Shown here: positions 1-9,741 of the stretch, piece by piece
How the letters are laid out: the number at the start of each line of letters is the position of its first letter
Numbering within the stretch: the stretch's first letter is position 1
Source: a virus
Reading direction: 5' to 3' (one strand)
Virus record (IMG/VR): IMGVR_UViG_3300043436_003324
Length of the DNA: 64,000 nucleotides
Notes under the pieces: generated by a model
Told to the model about the DNA's origin: nothing
The model's database searches: none
What the model saw: only the letters and a program-made list of their open reading frames with translations
Translations under genes and position numbers: made by a program

Positions 1-1
1 T

Positions 2-394
2 TATTTTAGTTATAATGAAGTACAAGATGGGTTTGGTTATGGAGCATCTGCACTACAAGGTAATAGAATCGGGAATAATTTTTACAATAATATCATTGGC
101 GAATATTTCTACAATAATATTATTCCTGATAACTTTTACAATAACACAATTGGCGATTCATTCCAATGGAATATTGTTAATACTGAAGTTAATAATGTTT
201 GTTTAAGTACAGGTATGTTATATGATATCACAACAGTTAATGTATTCAAAAATAAAAATGGAGATAATAGATTATCGTATTACGATGAAGTGGATGTTCT
301 AACAATAGAAACATTAACTGAAGCTCCTTGTTTAGGTGGGTTAAACGTATTAGACATACCAGAAAATGATTTAAATTTCGGATTAATATTATAA
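2..394 (+). CDS. 3' end (partial) of an Asn-rich beta-helix tail fibre/spike protein, paralogous to 3008..6229
   Basis: Frame 2 is open from base 2 to TAA at 392-394 and is not in the ORF track. It reads YFSYNEVQDGFGYG..NRIGNNFYNNIIGEYFYNNIIPDNFYNNTIGDSF..VFKNKNGDNRLSYYDEVDVLTIE. It has the same IGxxFxxN repeats and the same C-terminal F-K-x5-RLSYY-x3-DVL motif as 3008..6229. Confidence 0.85.
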   Translation, partial: YFSYNEVQDGFGYGASALQGNRIGNNFYNNIIGEYFYNNIIPDNFYNNTIGDSFQWNIVNTEVNNVCLSTGMLYDITTVNVFKNKNGDNRLSYYDEVDVLTIETLTEAPCLGGLNVLDIPENDLNFGLIL

Positions 395-421
395 ATAAAT
401 AAAAAATAAAAAAACAAAAAA

Positions 422-1498
422 ATGATACAAGGAATTAGAATAACAAGCACAAATTTATCAGGACTAACGGCAAACGTTACTTTTTATCCCACAACTGGTG
501 GGTCAGAAAATTTAGGATCTGAAGTAATACCATTTAACAATATTTCGGATTATCCTTACGGAACATACGAATTAGACGTTCCGTTATATGATAGAATGTA
601 TGAAATAAATGTTCCAGCACCATTAACAGGTCAGAGCGCATATACTCAAACAGTAAGATCGGTTACCGTTGACGGAGGATACCAACCATTCTCAGGAGCG
701 GTATTATCTGAAGTATGGGGAACATATACAACACAATATATTACAGATGAAGGAATACCATCAACTGATATTGTTTTAGCTGAAGGTATTTGTTCTGATG
801 ACGTTGATGCGTCAAAAGTACCTGGAAATATTGGTGGATGGCCAAATAGTATTAATTCATTTTTAGGACCATTTATGTCAGGTGGATTGGCGGGTTATCC
901 GTTTGTTGGTAGTGTTGGGTTTGGAGCCTTTTCAAGTCACGTAGCAACAACTCTTGATGGAACCTTGTTTGTAACGAGTATGCCACACATTGGTGTTACT
1001 GAAGATGGTCGTTCAGGTAGAATGTTACGTAGAGGTAAAGCCGATAGTAGTACAGATAATACTTGTGGTGCCGTTGCGGGAGCAATTGACCAAGTTGTAA
1101 ATGTATTATCTAATGCTCCAAATCAAAATAATGCACCTTTTAATAATGGTAATTATTCTTTTTGGAAATTAACTGATATTTTATGGCCACACAAATATTC
1201 ATTATCAAATTTTACAGGTACTACTGAAGAAGTATATAATAAACAAATGATTTTAGCAACTGAAATAATTAGAGATTCTGCTTATGATTATATTATTGCA
1301 AATTTACCTGCAGCAACCGAAGCAAACACTGAGAATGACGTATATTTTTTAAGTGGTATTTTTATTAATAGTGATGTTAGTTCGGGTACAACACAATTTG
1401 AATCATATGTTGTTGTTGATAAAGTTATGAAATATGTGTTTGATGATCAGTGGTATGATATAACGGTTGATTATATGGCTGGATTACCAATTGACTAA
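422..1498 (+). CDS. LCIB/LCIC-family (theta / beta-fold) carbonic anhydrase with an N-terminal ~80-aa extra module
   Basis: Motifs in family order: GICSDD (C124, D126), GPFMSGGLAGYPFVGSVGFGAFSSH, MPHIGVTEDGRSGRMLRRGK (H189), NTCGAV (C215), then YFLSGIFIN. These parallel the LCIB motifs CRDE / GLGG..GxTG..A..SH / PHIAI..G..G...R.GR / CACGA as recalled from the family. Confidence 0.85.
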   Translation: MIQGIRITSTNLSGLTANVTFYPTTGGSENLGSEVIPFNNISDYPYGTYELDVPLYDRMYEINVPAPLTGQSAYTQTVRSVTVDGGYQPFSGAVLSEVWGTYTTQYITDEGIPSTDIVLAEGICSDDVDASKVPGNIGGWPNSINSFLGPFMSGGLAGYPFVGSVGFGAFSSHVATTLDGTLFVTSMPHIGVTEDGRSGRMLRRGKADSSTDNTCGAVAGAIDQVVNVLSNAPNQNNAPFNNGNYSFWKLTDILWPHKYSLSNFTGTTEEVYNKQMILATEIIRDSAYDYIIANLPAATEANTENDVYFLSGIFINSDVSSGTTQFESYVVVDKVMKYVFDDQWYDITVDYMAGLPID

Positions 1499-1518
1499 AT
1501 AAATTAAAAAAAAGAAAA

Positions 1519-2733
1519 ATGGCAACAAAATATATAGTAAATAACTTATCAGGTCAAACAATAGATGGTGATATAACTATCAACGGAAATTTAAGTGTTA
1601 CCGGGGTTACAACAGGAAGTTTATCAACTTACAAAGCACTATTAACTCAGTTAGGGGTTCAGACAGGTACCGAATTAATTGATTTTAATGATGGTTTAAT
1701 TATAGGTGAAACCTATACAATAACTGATTATGTTAGTGATGATGATTTTAGTAATATTGCTAATGTAATTAGTGGTGGTGTTCTTACATATAGTTATAGT
1801 GGAACGTCAGTAACCGGATTTACTAGCACATATGATTCTGGTGGTGCCACAAGTGGTGAAGGTTCTGGTGTTGAGTTTGAAATTTATATAAACAATGATG
1901 TTTATGAATCAATCAGTATCGTTAACCTTGGTTATGGATATGCAAGTGGTGATACAATAACGATATTGGGTACAAATGTTGGGGGTATCAGTCCAGATAA
2001 CGACATAACAATAACAGTTGATAGTGTGACTACCAATAACCCTAACGTAACAGGTTGTGCATTCATTGCAACAGGAGAAATACCAACAAATTGGAGTAAC
2101 GGTTCTACTTTAGTATCTAGCGGTAATTTAGTGGTGACAGTATTAGAAAACAATTTGGGATTTGACATTGAGTGGGTTGAGGAAATTTTTGGGTCAGGAA
2201 TTTATTTCGGATATAATTCAACCACAGGACCATTGTATAATACTTTTAATAGAAACACAACATTTGTTTTAAATGGTTCAAATCCAAATCCGTATTTTGG
2301 TCCTAACCTATTAGAAACTTTTGTAGGTCCTATAAGTTTATCCGAGAAAGATGAAACAATTGTTGTTGCGGTTTTTGATACGGATATACTTGAACCAGTT
2401 GGTGATAGTTTGTATTATTTTCCTATAGAGATTCAACAACAAAATACCGACACAACACCAATTGTAATAAGTGGAACTGTAGAATCATCATTTCCTATTA
2501 ATTTTACTAGTATTGCTTTGTTTTGTAATGGAAATTACATTCAAGCACTTTACGGGGATGGTACAGTAAATGATATGTCAGAACTTATAACTTACTTAAA
2601 CTCTTTACCAAATATGAGTTATTTAGGTACATACTCTAATGATGGAGATGGAGTTCTTTTAGAAATGTCAACCAATTTAGTAAATCAATTCTGTTCTAGT
2701 GGAACATTAACTTTTGAGGTCTTCAACGACTAA
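1519..2733 (+). CDS. Putative tail fibre / virion structural protein
   Basis: 404 aa, rich in Gly/Thr/Ser/Asn. It starts with a short beta-repeat (IDGDITINGNLSVTG), has YKALLTQ...VTVLENNLG motifs and a GSGxEFxI..I.N.GYGY..GDTITI module typical of phage structural proteins. It lies in an operon with fibre genes. Confidence 0.6.
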   Translation: MATKYIVNNLSGQTIDGDITINGNLSVTGVTTGSLSTYKALLTQLGVQTGTELIDFNDGLIIGETYTITDYVSDDDFSNIANVISGGVLTYSYSGTSVTGFTSTYDSGGATSGEGSGVEFEIYINNDVYESISIVNLGYGYASGDTITILGTNVGGISPDNDITITVDSVTTNNPNVTGCAFIATGEIPTNWSNGSTLVSSGNLVVTVLENNLGFDIEWVEEIFGSGIYFGYNSTTGPLYNTFNRNTTFVLNGSNPNPYFGPNLLETFVGPISLSEKDETIVVAVFDTDILEPVGDSLYYFPIEIQQQNTDTTPIVISGTVESSFPINFTSIALFCNGNYIQALYGDGTVNDMSELITYLNSLPNMSYLGTYSNDGDGVLLEMSTNLVNQFCSSGTLTFEVFND

Positions 2734-2752
2734 CTTTATAAAAATTAAAAAA

Positions 2753-2992
2753 ATGATAAAATATATTAAAAGAAAAAGTGATAATAAGTTTCTACAATCT
2801 TTAGAAAATGATGTTTGGGTTGATAACGCAAAGGATGCTTATGAAATGACATATAGAGAATGTGAGAATACAAAAACCACATTACTTAACACATATACTT
2901 CTGAAGAAATAACTGAAGTTTTTAATATGTTTAAGAGTAAACCAATGTCAAGAGAAGAAAAAAAAGAACTACTTAATTTACTAAAAAAATAA
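2753..2992 (+). CDS. Hypothetical protein (79 aa)
   Basis: ORF track gives 2714..2992. The in-frame ATG at 2753 follows the same A-rich leader as neighbouring genes and avoids overlap with the upstream gene. Confidence 0.6.
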   Translation: MIKYIKRKSDNKFLQSLENDVWVDNAKDAYEMTYRECENTKTTLLNTYTSEEITEVFNMFKSKPMSREEKKELLNLLKK

Positions 2993-3007
2993 ATAATAAA
3001 ATAAAAA

Positions 3008-6000
3008 ATGGCAAATAAAAAAATATCAGACTTACCTTACGTTGGTAATACGGGGTACACCTCAATAGACATAATACCTATTGTAAATTATGATGTACCC
3101 ACAGGAACAACTAAACACACACCTATTTTAGATTTTGCAAGTTACATTTTAAGTGCAACACCTGTAAGTTACTCAAGTTTATTTACTTTAATGTTCACTA
3201 GTAACCTAACTCAAGGTTCTTATTATCTAATAGAAGATTTTAAAACATGTTATGATCAACCTGATTTTGATTATAATGGAAACCCAATTACTTCTGGAAA
3301 TTATAAACAAGGTCCTGTTGAGCCAATTGTAGTATTGGCCACAAGTATTAATACAATTAGTCCTGTTGCTTATCAACCAATACACCCTAACGACTTTATA
3401 CGTTATGATATAATGTATAATACAACTGAAGTTACTAATGGTGTTGCCTTTGGTAGGATTACTGAAAGAATTGATGAGTTTAATAATAGGACTGATTATG
3501 ATCATAGAAATATTTTATTTAAAAGATATAAATTATTTACATATAGAGACGAGTTAAGATTAAATGGTACAATTGAGTTATTAAGTAATGGTACAGTTAA
3601 TGGTGTTGATACTTCTTTCACTTCTCTGTCGGTAGGTGATGTTATTTATATACCTAATACTTACCCTAGTTATTATGAAATAACAGGAATTACCGACAAT
3701 GTAACTATGAACGTGTCAGGTGACACTATAACGGCGATTGGTGCGGGTCAAAGTTTTTATCTTACAATAGAAGAAACTAACGGTAATGGTTACTTTAGTC
3801 ATAAAAGAACAAACGTTAGATCAAACGATTACGAACAGTACACCACTTTTGGGGATGCAATATTAAATGATTATGCAAAAAATAACTATATAGGTAATTA
3901 CACAAATAACTATACAAATGTTAGTAGTGGAACATTCTTACTACCAAACAATGTATTTTTAGAAGGACAATACGAAAGTAATAAATTTGGTGATTACTGT
4001 TACAATAATACGTTTGGAACTGACAATCAAAATAACGTTTGGGGTGATTTGTGTTACAATAACGTTTCAACAAATGATATTGATGATAATATAATTGGTA
4101 ACAATTTTCATGATAACCTAATAAACGCAAATTTAATCTCTAACCATATTGGTAATGATTTTAATAATAACCAATTATTGGGTGAGAATAGTAATGTCAA
4201 TGATTTTCAAGACAACATTATTGGAAATGGGTTTAGTAACAATCTTATTTATTCTGAGTTTTATAAAAATGAAATATTAGATGACTTTCAAGATAATTTA
4301 ATTGGTGACTTTGGTAACTTAGATAATTTTGAATTTTATAGAAATTATATTCGTAACGGATTTGGAAAAAATACAGTAAGACAAAATTTCCAAAATAATC
4401 AAATCGGTACAAACTACCAAGAGAATACTATTAATGGGTCATCTCAAGGAAACACAATACTTAATGGGTTTAATAAAAATAAAATTGGGTCTGACTTTAA
4501 TGTCAATCTTATTGGTAATGGTTTTAATTATAATACAGTTAATGATAGTTTTTATAATAATGAAACTAAATATTATTTTAATGGGAATATAATCCCTAAT
4601 CAATTTTTCAACAATAAAATAGGGCAGTACTTTGAAAATAATCAACCAATTAATACTCTTTTTGGTTGGGGTGATTTATCTAATATCACGGGTAGAACTT
4701 ATGATATTTTTAATGATTCTTTAGGTGGCTCTATTGATTATAGAATCTTAGGTAAAGAATTGGTAATGAAAGTTACATCCACATCTCAGTATTTTAAAAT
4801 TAAATTTAATCAATGGACATTAGATGGTAACGGAGGAGGTTTCCAATACGAAAGAACTGAAATGGATTCACTTGGTAATAACATAGGACCTACAGTTACA
4901 TTTACAAAAAGAAATGGTGTTAATGATATTGATATTATTATACCAGGAGTCTTGGAAATCGCTAGAGATAATAGTGGGGCAATTTATAATATTGCAACAG
5001 AAGGATCGTGGAATAGTTCTGTAAGTCCACAAGACACAGAATGGAATTCAGTATATACCGAACCTAATAGCGGTGTCAGATTTTCAAGTAATAAAATAGG
5101 TGATTTTTTCATAGAAAATAAATTTGATAATGATTTTGGTTATGGTGCTTCACAAAATCAGGGTAACGTAATAAATGATTCTTTTCAGAAAAATTTGATT
5201 GGTCAATTTATGTACAATAATGTTATAGGTAATTACTTTACCAACAATATTATCGGTGATAACTTTGAGGCTAACTCAATTAACAATTATTTTAATAGTA
5301 ACTCTATTGGAAATGCATTTGAAAATAACACCATTAAAAATTATTTTATAGGAAACTCTATATTAAATGGTTTTGAAAGTAATGAAATTGGTAACTACTT
5401 TGGGAATGATGGTTCGGGTCCTGGTTCACCAGTTCAAAATATTATTTTTAGTGATTTTAAATACAACAAGATTGGTAATTTCTTTGGTAATGACACTAAT
5501 TTCCCTTCAGTTGGTGGTGGTACAAACGGTGACGGTGGAAACATCATAAACACTGGCTTCCAATTTAACGTGATTGGTGATAATGTGTTATTTAACGCAT
5601 TAAACCTAAACTTCACTAATAATAAAATTGGTAACGACTTTTGGTTTAACGTATTTGGTCAAAACACATCAGATAATACAATAGGTAATTTATTTGTCGG
5701 TAACTCAGGTATCGGTGGATTCCCAACTGAAATTGGTGGTAACTTTATATCTAATAACTTGGGTAACTACTCATCATTTAACGAAATTGATACAAACTTC
5801 CAATATAACAAAATAGGTAATTTCTTTGGTAACGCTGGTGGTGGAACACAAAATATTATTTCTACTGGATTTAACAATAACAATATCGGTAATTACTTTG
5901 GTGATGACGGTTCTCAAATTAGTGGGGGTAATAATATTGGGATTAACTTTACATTGAATGAAATTGTTTCTCTTTTCTATTCCAACACTATTGGTGATGA

Positions 6001-6229
6001 CTTTAACAACAACACATTGAGTAATGGCTTCTTAGAAAACACAGTGGGAAATGACTTCAAAAGAAATCAAATAGACTACTCACCAAATAGTATAGATTTC
6101 ACAACGGGACCAGCAACTCACGTATACGGTGATTATAACTGTACAATATTCAAAAGACCTGATAGTACATTAAGATTATCTTACTACAATAACTCAGATG
6201 TATTAAACATAACAAACATTGACGCATAA
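3008..6229 (+). CDS. Asn-rich beta-helix tail fibre / tailspike-like protein
   Basis: 1073 aa. N-terminal MANKKISDLP attachment-type start, then dozens of ~9-10-aa (I/V)GxxFxxNx repeats consistent with a parallel beta-helix, interrupted by a non-repeat domain at about aa 545-690. Confidence 0.7.
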   Translation: MANKKISDLPYVGNTGYTSIDIIPIVNYDVPTGTTKHTPILDFASYILSATPVSYSSLFTLMFTSNLTQGSYYLIEDFKTCYDQPDFDYNGNPITSGNYKQGPVEPIVVLATSINTISPVAYQPIHPNDFIRYDIMYNTTEVTNGVAFGRITERIDEFNNRTDYDHRNILFKRYKLFTYRDELRLNGTIELLSNGTVNGVDTSFTSLSVGDVIYIPNTYPSYYEITGITDNVTMNVSGDTITAIGAGQSFYLTIEETNGNGYFSHKRTNVRSNDYEQYTTFGDAILNDYAKNNYIGNYTNNYTNVSSGTFLLPNNVFLEGQYESNKFGDYCYNNTFGTDNQNNVWGDLCYNNVSTNDIDDNIIGNNFHDNLINANLISNHIGNDFNNNQLLGENSNVNDFQDNIIGNGFSNNLIYSEFYKNEILDDFQDNLIGDFGNLDNFEFYRNYIRNGFGKNTVRQNFQNNQIGTNYQENTINGSSQGNTILNGFNKNKIGSDFNVNLIGNGFNYNTVNDSFYNNETKYYFNGNIIPNQFFNNKIGQYFENNQPINTLFGWGDLSNITGRTYDIFNDSLGGSIDYRILGKELVMKVTSTSQYFKIKFNQWTLDGNGGGFQYERTEMDSLGNNIGPTVTFTKRNGVNDIDIIIPGVLEIARDNSGAIYNIATEGSWNSSVSPQDTEWNSVYTEPNSGVRFSSNKIGDFFIENKFDNDFGYGASQNQGNVINDSFQKNLIGQFMYNNVIGNYFTNNIIGDNFEANSINNYFNSNSIGNAFENNTIKNYFIGNSILNGFESNEIGNYFGNDGSGPGSPVQNIIFSDFKYNKIGNFFGNDTNFPSVGGGTNGDGGNIINTGFQFNVIGDNVLFNALNLNFTNNKIGNDFWFNVFGQNTSDNTIGNLFVGNSGIGGFPTEIGGNFISNNLGNYSSFNEIDTNFQYNKIGNFFGNAGGGTQNIISTGFNNNNIGNYFGDDGSQISGGNNIGINFTLNEIVSLFYSNTIGDDFNNNTLSNGFLENTVGNDFKRNQIDYSPNSIDFTTGPATHVYGDYNCTIFKRPDSTLRLSYYNNSDVLNITNIDA

Positions 6230-6258
6230 TAATAAAAAAATTAAAAAATAAAAATAAA

Positions 6259-6645
6259 ATGGCAAGTGCAAATTTTAATAAACAAATACTTTCATCAAAT
6301 TATAAAAAACAAAATACTGAATATTTTTTAGATGATGTAATAACAAAAGATTTTAACGGTCCTTATTCGTATCGTTTTACTAATGAAGTCCCTAATGGTG
6401 TAACATTATTTAAAGATAAATTAACAATAGCGGAAAGATTAACTTTTGTTTTGTCAATAACAGTAAATGCTGGAGATAAAAATAACCCTACATCTGCTAT
6501 AGCAACAACAAACGTAACTATTGACACCACAAAAGATTATGCTAAAGAGGTGGAAATTCTATTGGACAATCCAGGAATAACTCAAAAAGTAACTGACACT
6601 AAAAATAAATGGACTTCAATAATTAATGGTCAAGAACCTGCTTAA
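6259..6645 (+). CDS. Hypothetical protein (128 aa), last gene of the fibre operon
   Basis: ORF with an A-rich leader and typical codon usage; no motif recognised. Confidence 0.6.
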   Translation: MASANFNKQILSSNYKKQNTEYFLDDVITKDFNGPYSYRFTNEVPNGVTLFKDKLTIAERLTFVLSITVNAGDKNNPTSAIATTNVTIDTTKDYAKEVEILLDNPGITQKVTDTKNKWTSIINGQEPA

Positions 6646-6714
6646 ATTATTTTGAAACATTAAAAAATGATTCGGAAATAGTTGGTCCAGTAACTCCTCG
6701 TGGTTAAAATTTAA

Positions 6715-6746
6715 TTGACTTAGACGGATAAAAAATATATATTTAT
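6715..6746 (+). promoter_or_regulatory. Sigma70-like promoter of the DNA polymerase gene, overlapping a TATTTAT motif
   Basis: TTGACT (6715-6720), 17 nt, TATATT (6738-6743). The hexamers and spacing are identical to those upstream of the SSB gene. TATTTAT lies at 6740-6746. Confidence 0.65.
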
Positions 6747-6807
6747 TAATGTAAGGTAAATGTCATCTTTGTATGATAGATAATAAACCAAACTTTAAAA
6801 AAAATAT

Positions 6808-9741
6808 ATGATATCACAAGAAGAAATTAAGTCATTTCTAGAAGGAAATGATTCGGAAGAGCACATCGTTGCGATTGAGTTTGACTACGTGTCGGACCAT
6901 ATTTATAAAATCAAAGAAATACCGGGAAAAGGAAAATCTATTGTAAGAGATAGTTTGATCGCATTTGCTTGGGTAGGAGACCTAAAAGGGTTAAACTTTT
7001 ATCAAGGATCTAAAGCACTACAAAAAGAGGCGATGTCTAAGTACGGAATTGTAATAGATAAATTAAGAACTGATGGAAATGAAAGATTAGAAAATGGTCT
7101 AACATTTATGGTTAAGTCAATGAAAGGTTATCGATCTCTAACACAATTTTTTCGTGATGGAGGTATTGATCCTTGGGGTGAAAATACAAAAAATAAATTT
7201 TTAATGTTACCCCCTGTCGAACAGTACCTCATCTCAAAAGAAAAAAGATTGTTCAAAGGATTTGAGGAATATAATGATATCACTAGATTTGGATTTGACC
7301 TTGAGACAACCGCATTAGAACCAAAAGACGGTCGTATCTTTATGATTGGAATGAAAACCAATAAAGGATTCCTAAAAGTTATTGAATGTAAAGATGAAGA
7401 TGATGAAAGAAGTGGTCTTGTTGAGTTCTTCAGAACAATAGACGAACTTAAACCATCAATTATTTCAGGATACAATTCAGCAAATTTTGACTGGTTTTGG
7501 ATATTCGAAAGATGTAAGGCTTTAAATCTTGATATTAAAAAAATAGCAAAGTCCCTTAACCCAAAAAGAACAATATCCCAAAAGGAATCAATGTTAAAAT
7601 TAGCAAATGAGGTTGAGAAATTTAATCAGGTTCAGTTGTGGGGATATAATGTGATTGATATTATCCACTCTGTTCGTAGAGCTCAAGCAATCAATTCAAA
7701 TATTAAAGAGGCGGGATTGAAGTACATTACCAAATTTATAGATGGTGAGGCTAAAGATCGTATATATATTGACCACACAAAGATTGGTCCTATGTACGCT
7801 GAAAAAGACGAGTATTGGTTAAACACTGAAAATGGTAAGTATAAGAAAGTTGGTATTGATTCTAAAATTGATGAGGTTTGTTTTAGACGAGGAGACATTT
7901 ATATAAAAACAACTGGGGACGATATAGTTGAGCGTTATCTTGACGATGACCTTGAGGAAACCTTGATAGTGGATGACGAGTTCAATCAAGGAACTTTCCT
8001 ACTTGCGTCTTTAGTTCCAACAACATATGAAAGGGTCTCAACAATGGGGACCGCAACATTATGGAAAATGATAATGCTTGCTTGGTCATATAAGTTTGGT
8101 TTGGCAATTCCTAAAAAAGAAGAACAAAGAAGATTTGTTGGTGGGTTATCACGATTACTTAAAGTGGGTTATTCAAAAGACGTGTTAAAACTTGACTACT
8201 CATCACTATATCCGTCTATTCAGTTGGTACACGATGTATTTCCTGAATGTGATATTACGGGGGCGATGAAAGGTTTATTAACATTTTTCCGTAATTCTCG
8301 TATTATGTATAAGAATTTGGCTTCGGAATATAAGGGTATTGATAAAAAGAAATCATTGTCATTCGATAGAAAACAATTACCAATTAAGATTTTTATTAAT
8401 GCATTCTTTGGTTCCTTATCGGCACCTCAAGTATTCCCGTGGGGGGATATAAATATGGGCGAACAGATCACTTGTACAGGAAGACAATATCTTCGTCAGA
8501 TGTTAAAGTTCTTTGTTAAAAGAGGATATACCCCACTTGTATGCGATACGGACGGTATGAACTTTTCATTACCTGAAGGTGGTGTGGATCATAAAGTTTA
8601 TATCGGTAAAGGATTAAATTGGTTGGTTAAAGTAGGTGAAGAATATAGAGGTTATAATGCTGATGTTGCAGAATTTAATGATACATTCATGAAAGGTGAA
8701 ATGGGTCTTGATTGTGATGGTACGTGGGACTCTTGTATAAACTTAGCACGTAAGAACTACGCAACTATGGAACATAACGGTAAAATTAAATTAACGGGTA
8801 ATTCAATCAAATCTAAAAAAATGCCAAAGTATATTGAGGTTTTCTTAGATAAGGGGATAAGACAACTTTTAGAGGGAGATGGTCAATCTTTTGTGGAATA
8901 CTATTATGAATACGTACAAAAGATATTCGACCAAAAAATTCCATTAATGCAAATTGCGTCTAAATCAAGAATAAAACAATCAATTGATGATTACATTAAA
9001 CGAAGTAAACAAACAACTAAAGCCGGATCACTTATGTCAAGACAGGCTCATATGGAACTTGCAATACGTGACAATCTTAATGTAAATTTGGGTGATATAA
9101 TCTACTACGTAAATAACGGAACTAAGGCCTCACACGGAGATGTTCAAAAAGTTAATAAACCAAAGGCCGGTTGGAATGATGATCAGATAAATTTATTTTA
9201 CTCTGATTCTACAAAATCTAAAGTATCTTATAAAGAAAAGGAAACTTTACTACTTAATAATGGTTGGGAAAAATCTTGGTCTGAAGATAATTGGGTACGT
9301 AGTAATTCTAAAAATAAAGAAGCAAATACCGGAATACCAACAGATATGGCATATAAACTTGCTACAACAGATTCTGTTGTCCAGTTAAACTCATACATGT
9401 TAAACCCATCAGACATTGAAAATAATCCTGATATGTTAGGGGAATACAATATCCAAAGGGCGATTGCAACATTTAATAAAAGGGTCGAACCTTTATTAAT
9501 AGTTTTTAAAGAAGAAGTGAGAGATGGATTATTAGTTAAGAATCCTGAAGAAAGAGGGTTCTTTACAAAAACACAATGTGAGTTAATTAATGGTGTTCCG
9601 TTTGAAGAAAAGGACCAAGATGATATTGAAGAACATTTAATTAAACTGGAAGATGGTGAAATAGAGTTTTGGGAAAAGGTTGGTATTGACCCTAACTATA
9701 TGTATGAATTGGCAGAACCTGGATGGGAAGAGTTGGTTTAA
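6808..9741 (+). CDS. Family-B DNA polymerase with 3'-5' exonuclease
   Basis: ExoI FDLETT, ExoII GYNSANFD, ExoIII YLDDD, motif A LDYSSLYPSI, motif B QLPIKIFINAFFG, motif C CDTDG. No intein. Confidence 0.97.
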   Translation: MISQEEIKSFLEGNDSEEHIVAIEFDYVSDHIYKIKEIPGKGKSIVRDSLIAFAWVGDLKGLNFYQGSKALQKEAMSKYGIVIDKLRTDGNERLENGLTFMVKSMKGYRSLTQFFRDGGIDPWGENTKNKFLMLPPVEQYLISKEKRLFKGFEEYNDITRFGFDLETTALEPKDGRIFMIGMKTNKGFLKVIECKDEDDERSGLVEFFRTIDELKPSIISGYNSANFDWFWIFERCKALNLDIKKIAKSLNPKRTISQKESMLKLANEVEKFNQVQLWGYNVIDIIHSVRRAQAINSNIKEAGLKYITKFIDGEAKDRIYIDHTKIGPMYAEKDEYWLNTENGKYKKVGIDSKIDEVCFRRGDIYIKTTGDDIVERYLDDDLEETLIVDDEFNQGTFLLASLVPTTYERVSTMGTATLWKMIMLAWSYKFGLAIPKKEEQRRFVGGLSRLLKVGYSKDVLKLDYSSLYPSIQLVHDVFPECDITGAMKGLLTFFRNSRIMYKNLASEYKGIDKKKSLSFDRKQLPIKIFINAFFGSLSAPQVFPWGDINMGEQITCTGRQYLRQMLKFFVKRGYTPLVCDTDGMNFSLPEGGVDHKVYIGKGLNWLVKVGEEYRGYNADVAEFNDTFMKGEMGLDCDGTWDSCINLARKNYATMEHNGKIKLTGNSIKSKKMPKYIEVFLDKGIRQLLEGDGQSFVEYYYEYVQKIFDQKIPLMQIASKSRIKQSIDDYIKRSKQTTKAGSLMSRQAHMELAIRDNLNVNLGDIIYYVNNGTKASHGDVQKVNKPKAGWNDDQINLFYSDSTKSKVSYKEKETLLLNNGWEKSWSEDNWVRSNSKNKEANTGIPTDMAYKLATTDSVVQLNSYMLNPSDIENNPDMLGEYNIQRAIATFNKRVEPLLIVFKEEVRDGLLVKNPEERGFFTKTQCELINGVPFEEKDQDDIEEHLIKLEDGEIEFWEKVGIDPNYMYELAEPGWEELV

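Noticed and set aside
15-206. 63-aa ORF in the track
   Set aside because: It is an out-of-frame shadow of the real partial CDS 2..394, which has clear repeats and a paralogue.
3008-6229. DGR target (AAC/AAT-rich)
   Set aside because: No reverse transcriptase and no TR/VR pair differing only at adenines was seen. The Asn richness is explained by beta-helix repeats.
6661-6790. tRNA, or a polymerase translational-operator hairpin, in the intergenic gap
   Set aside because: No cloverleaf or T-loop, and the only hairpin (TGTCAT-N6-ATGATA) is too weak to call.
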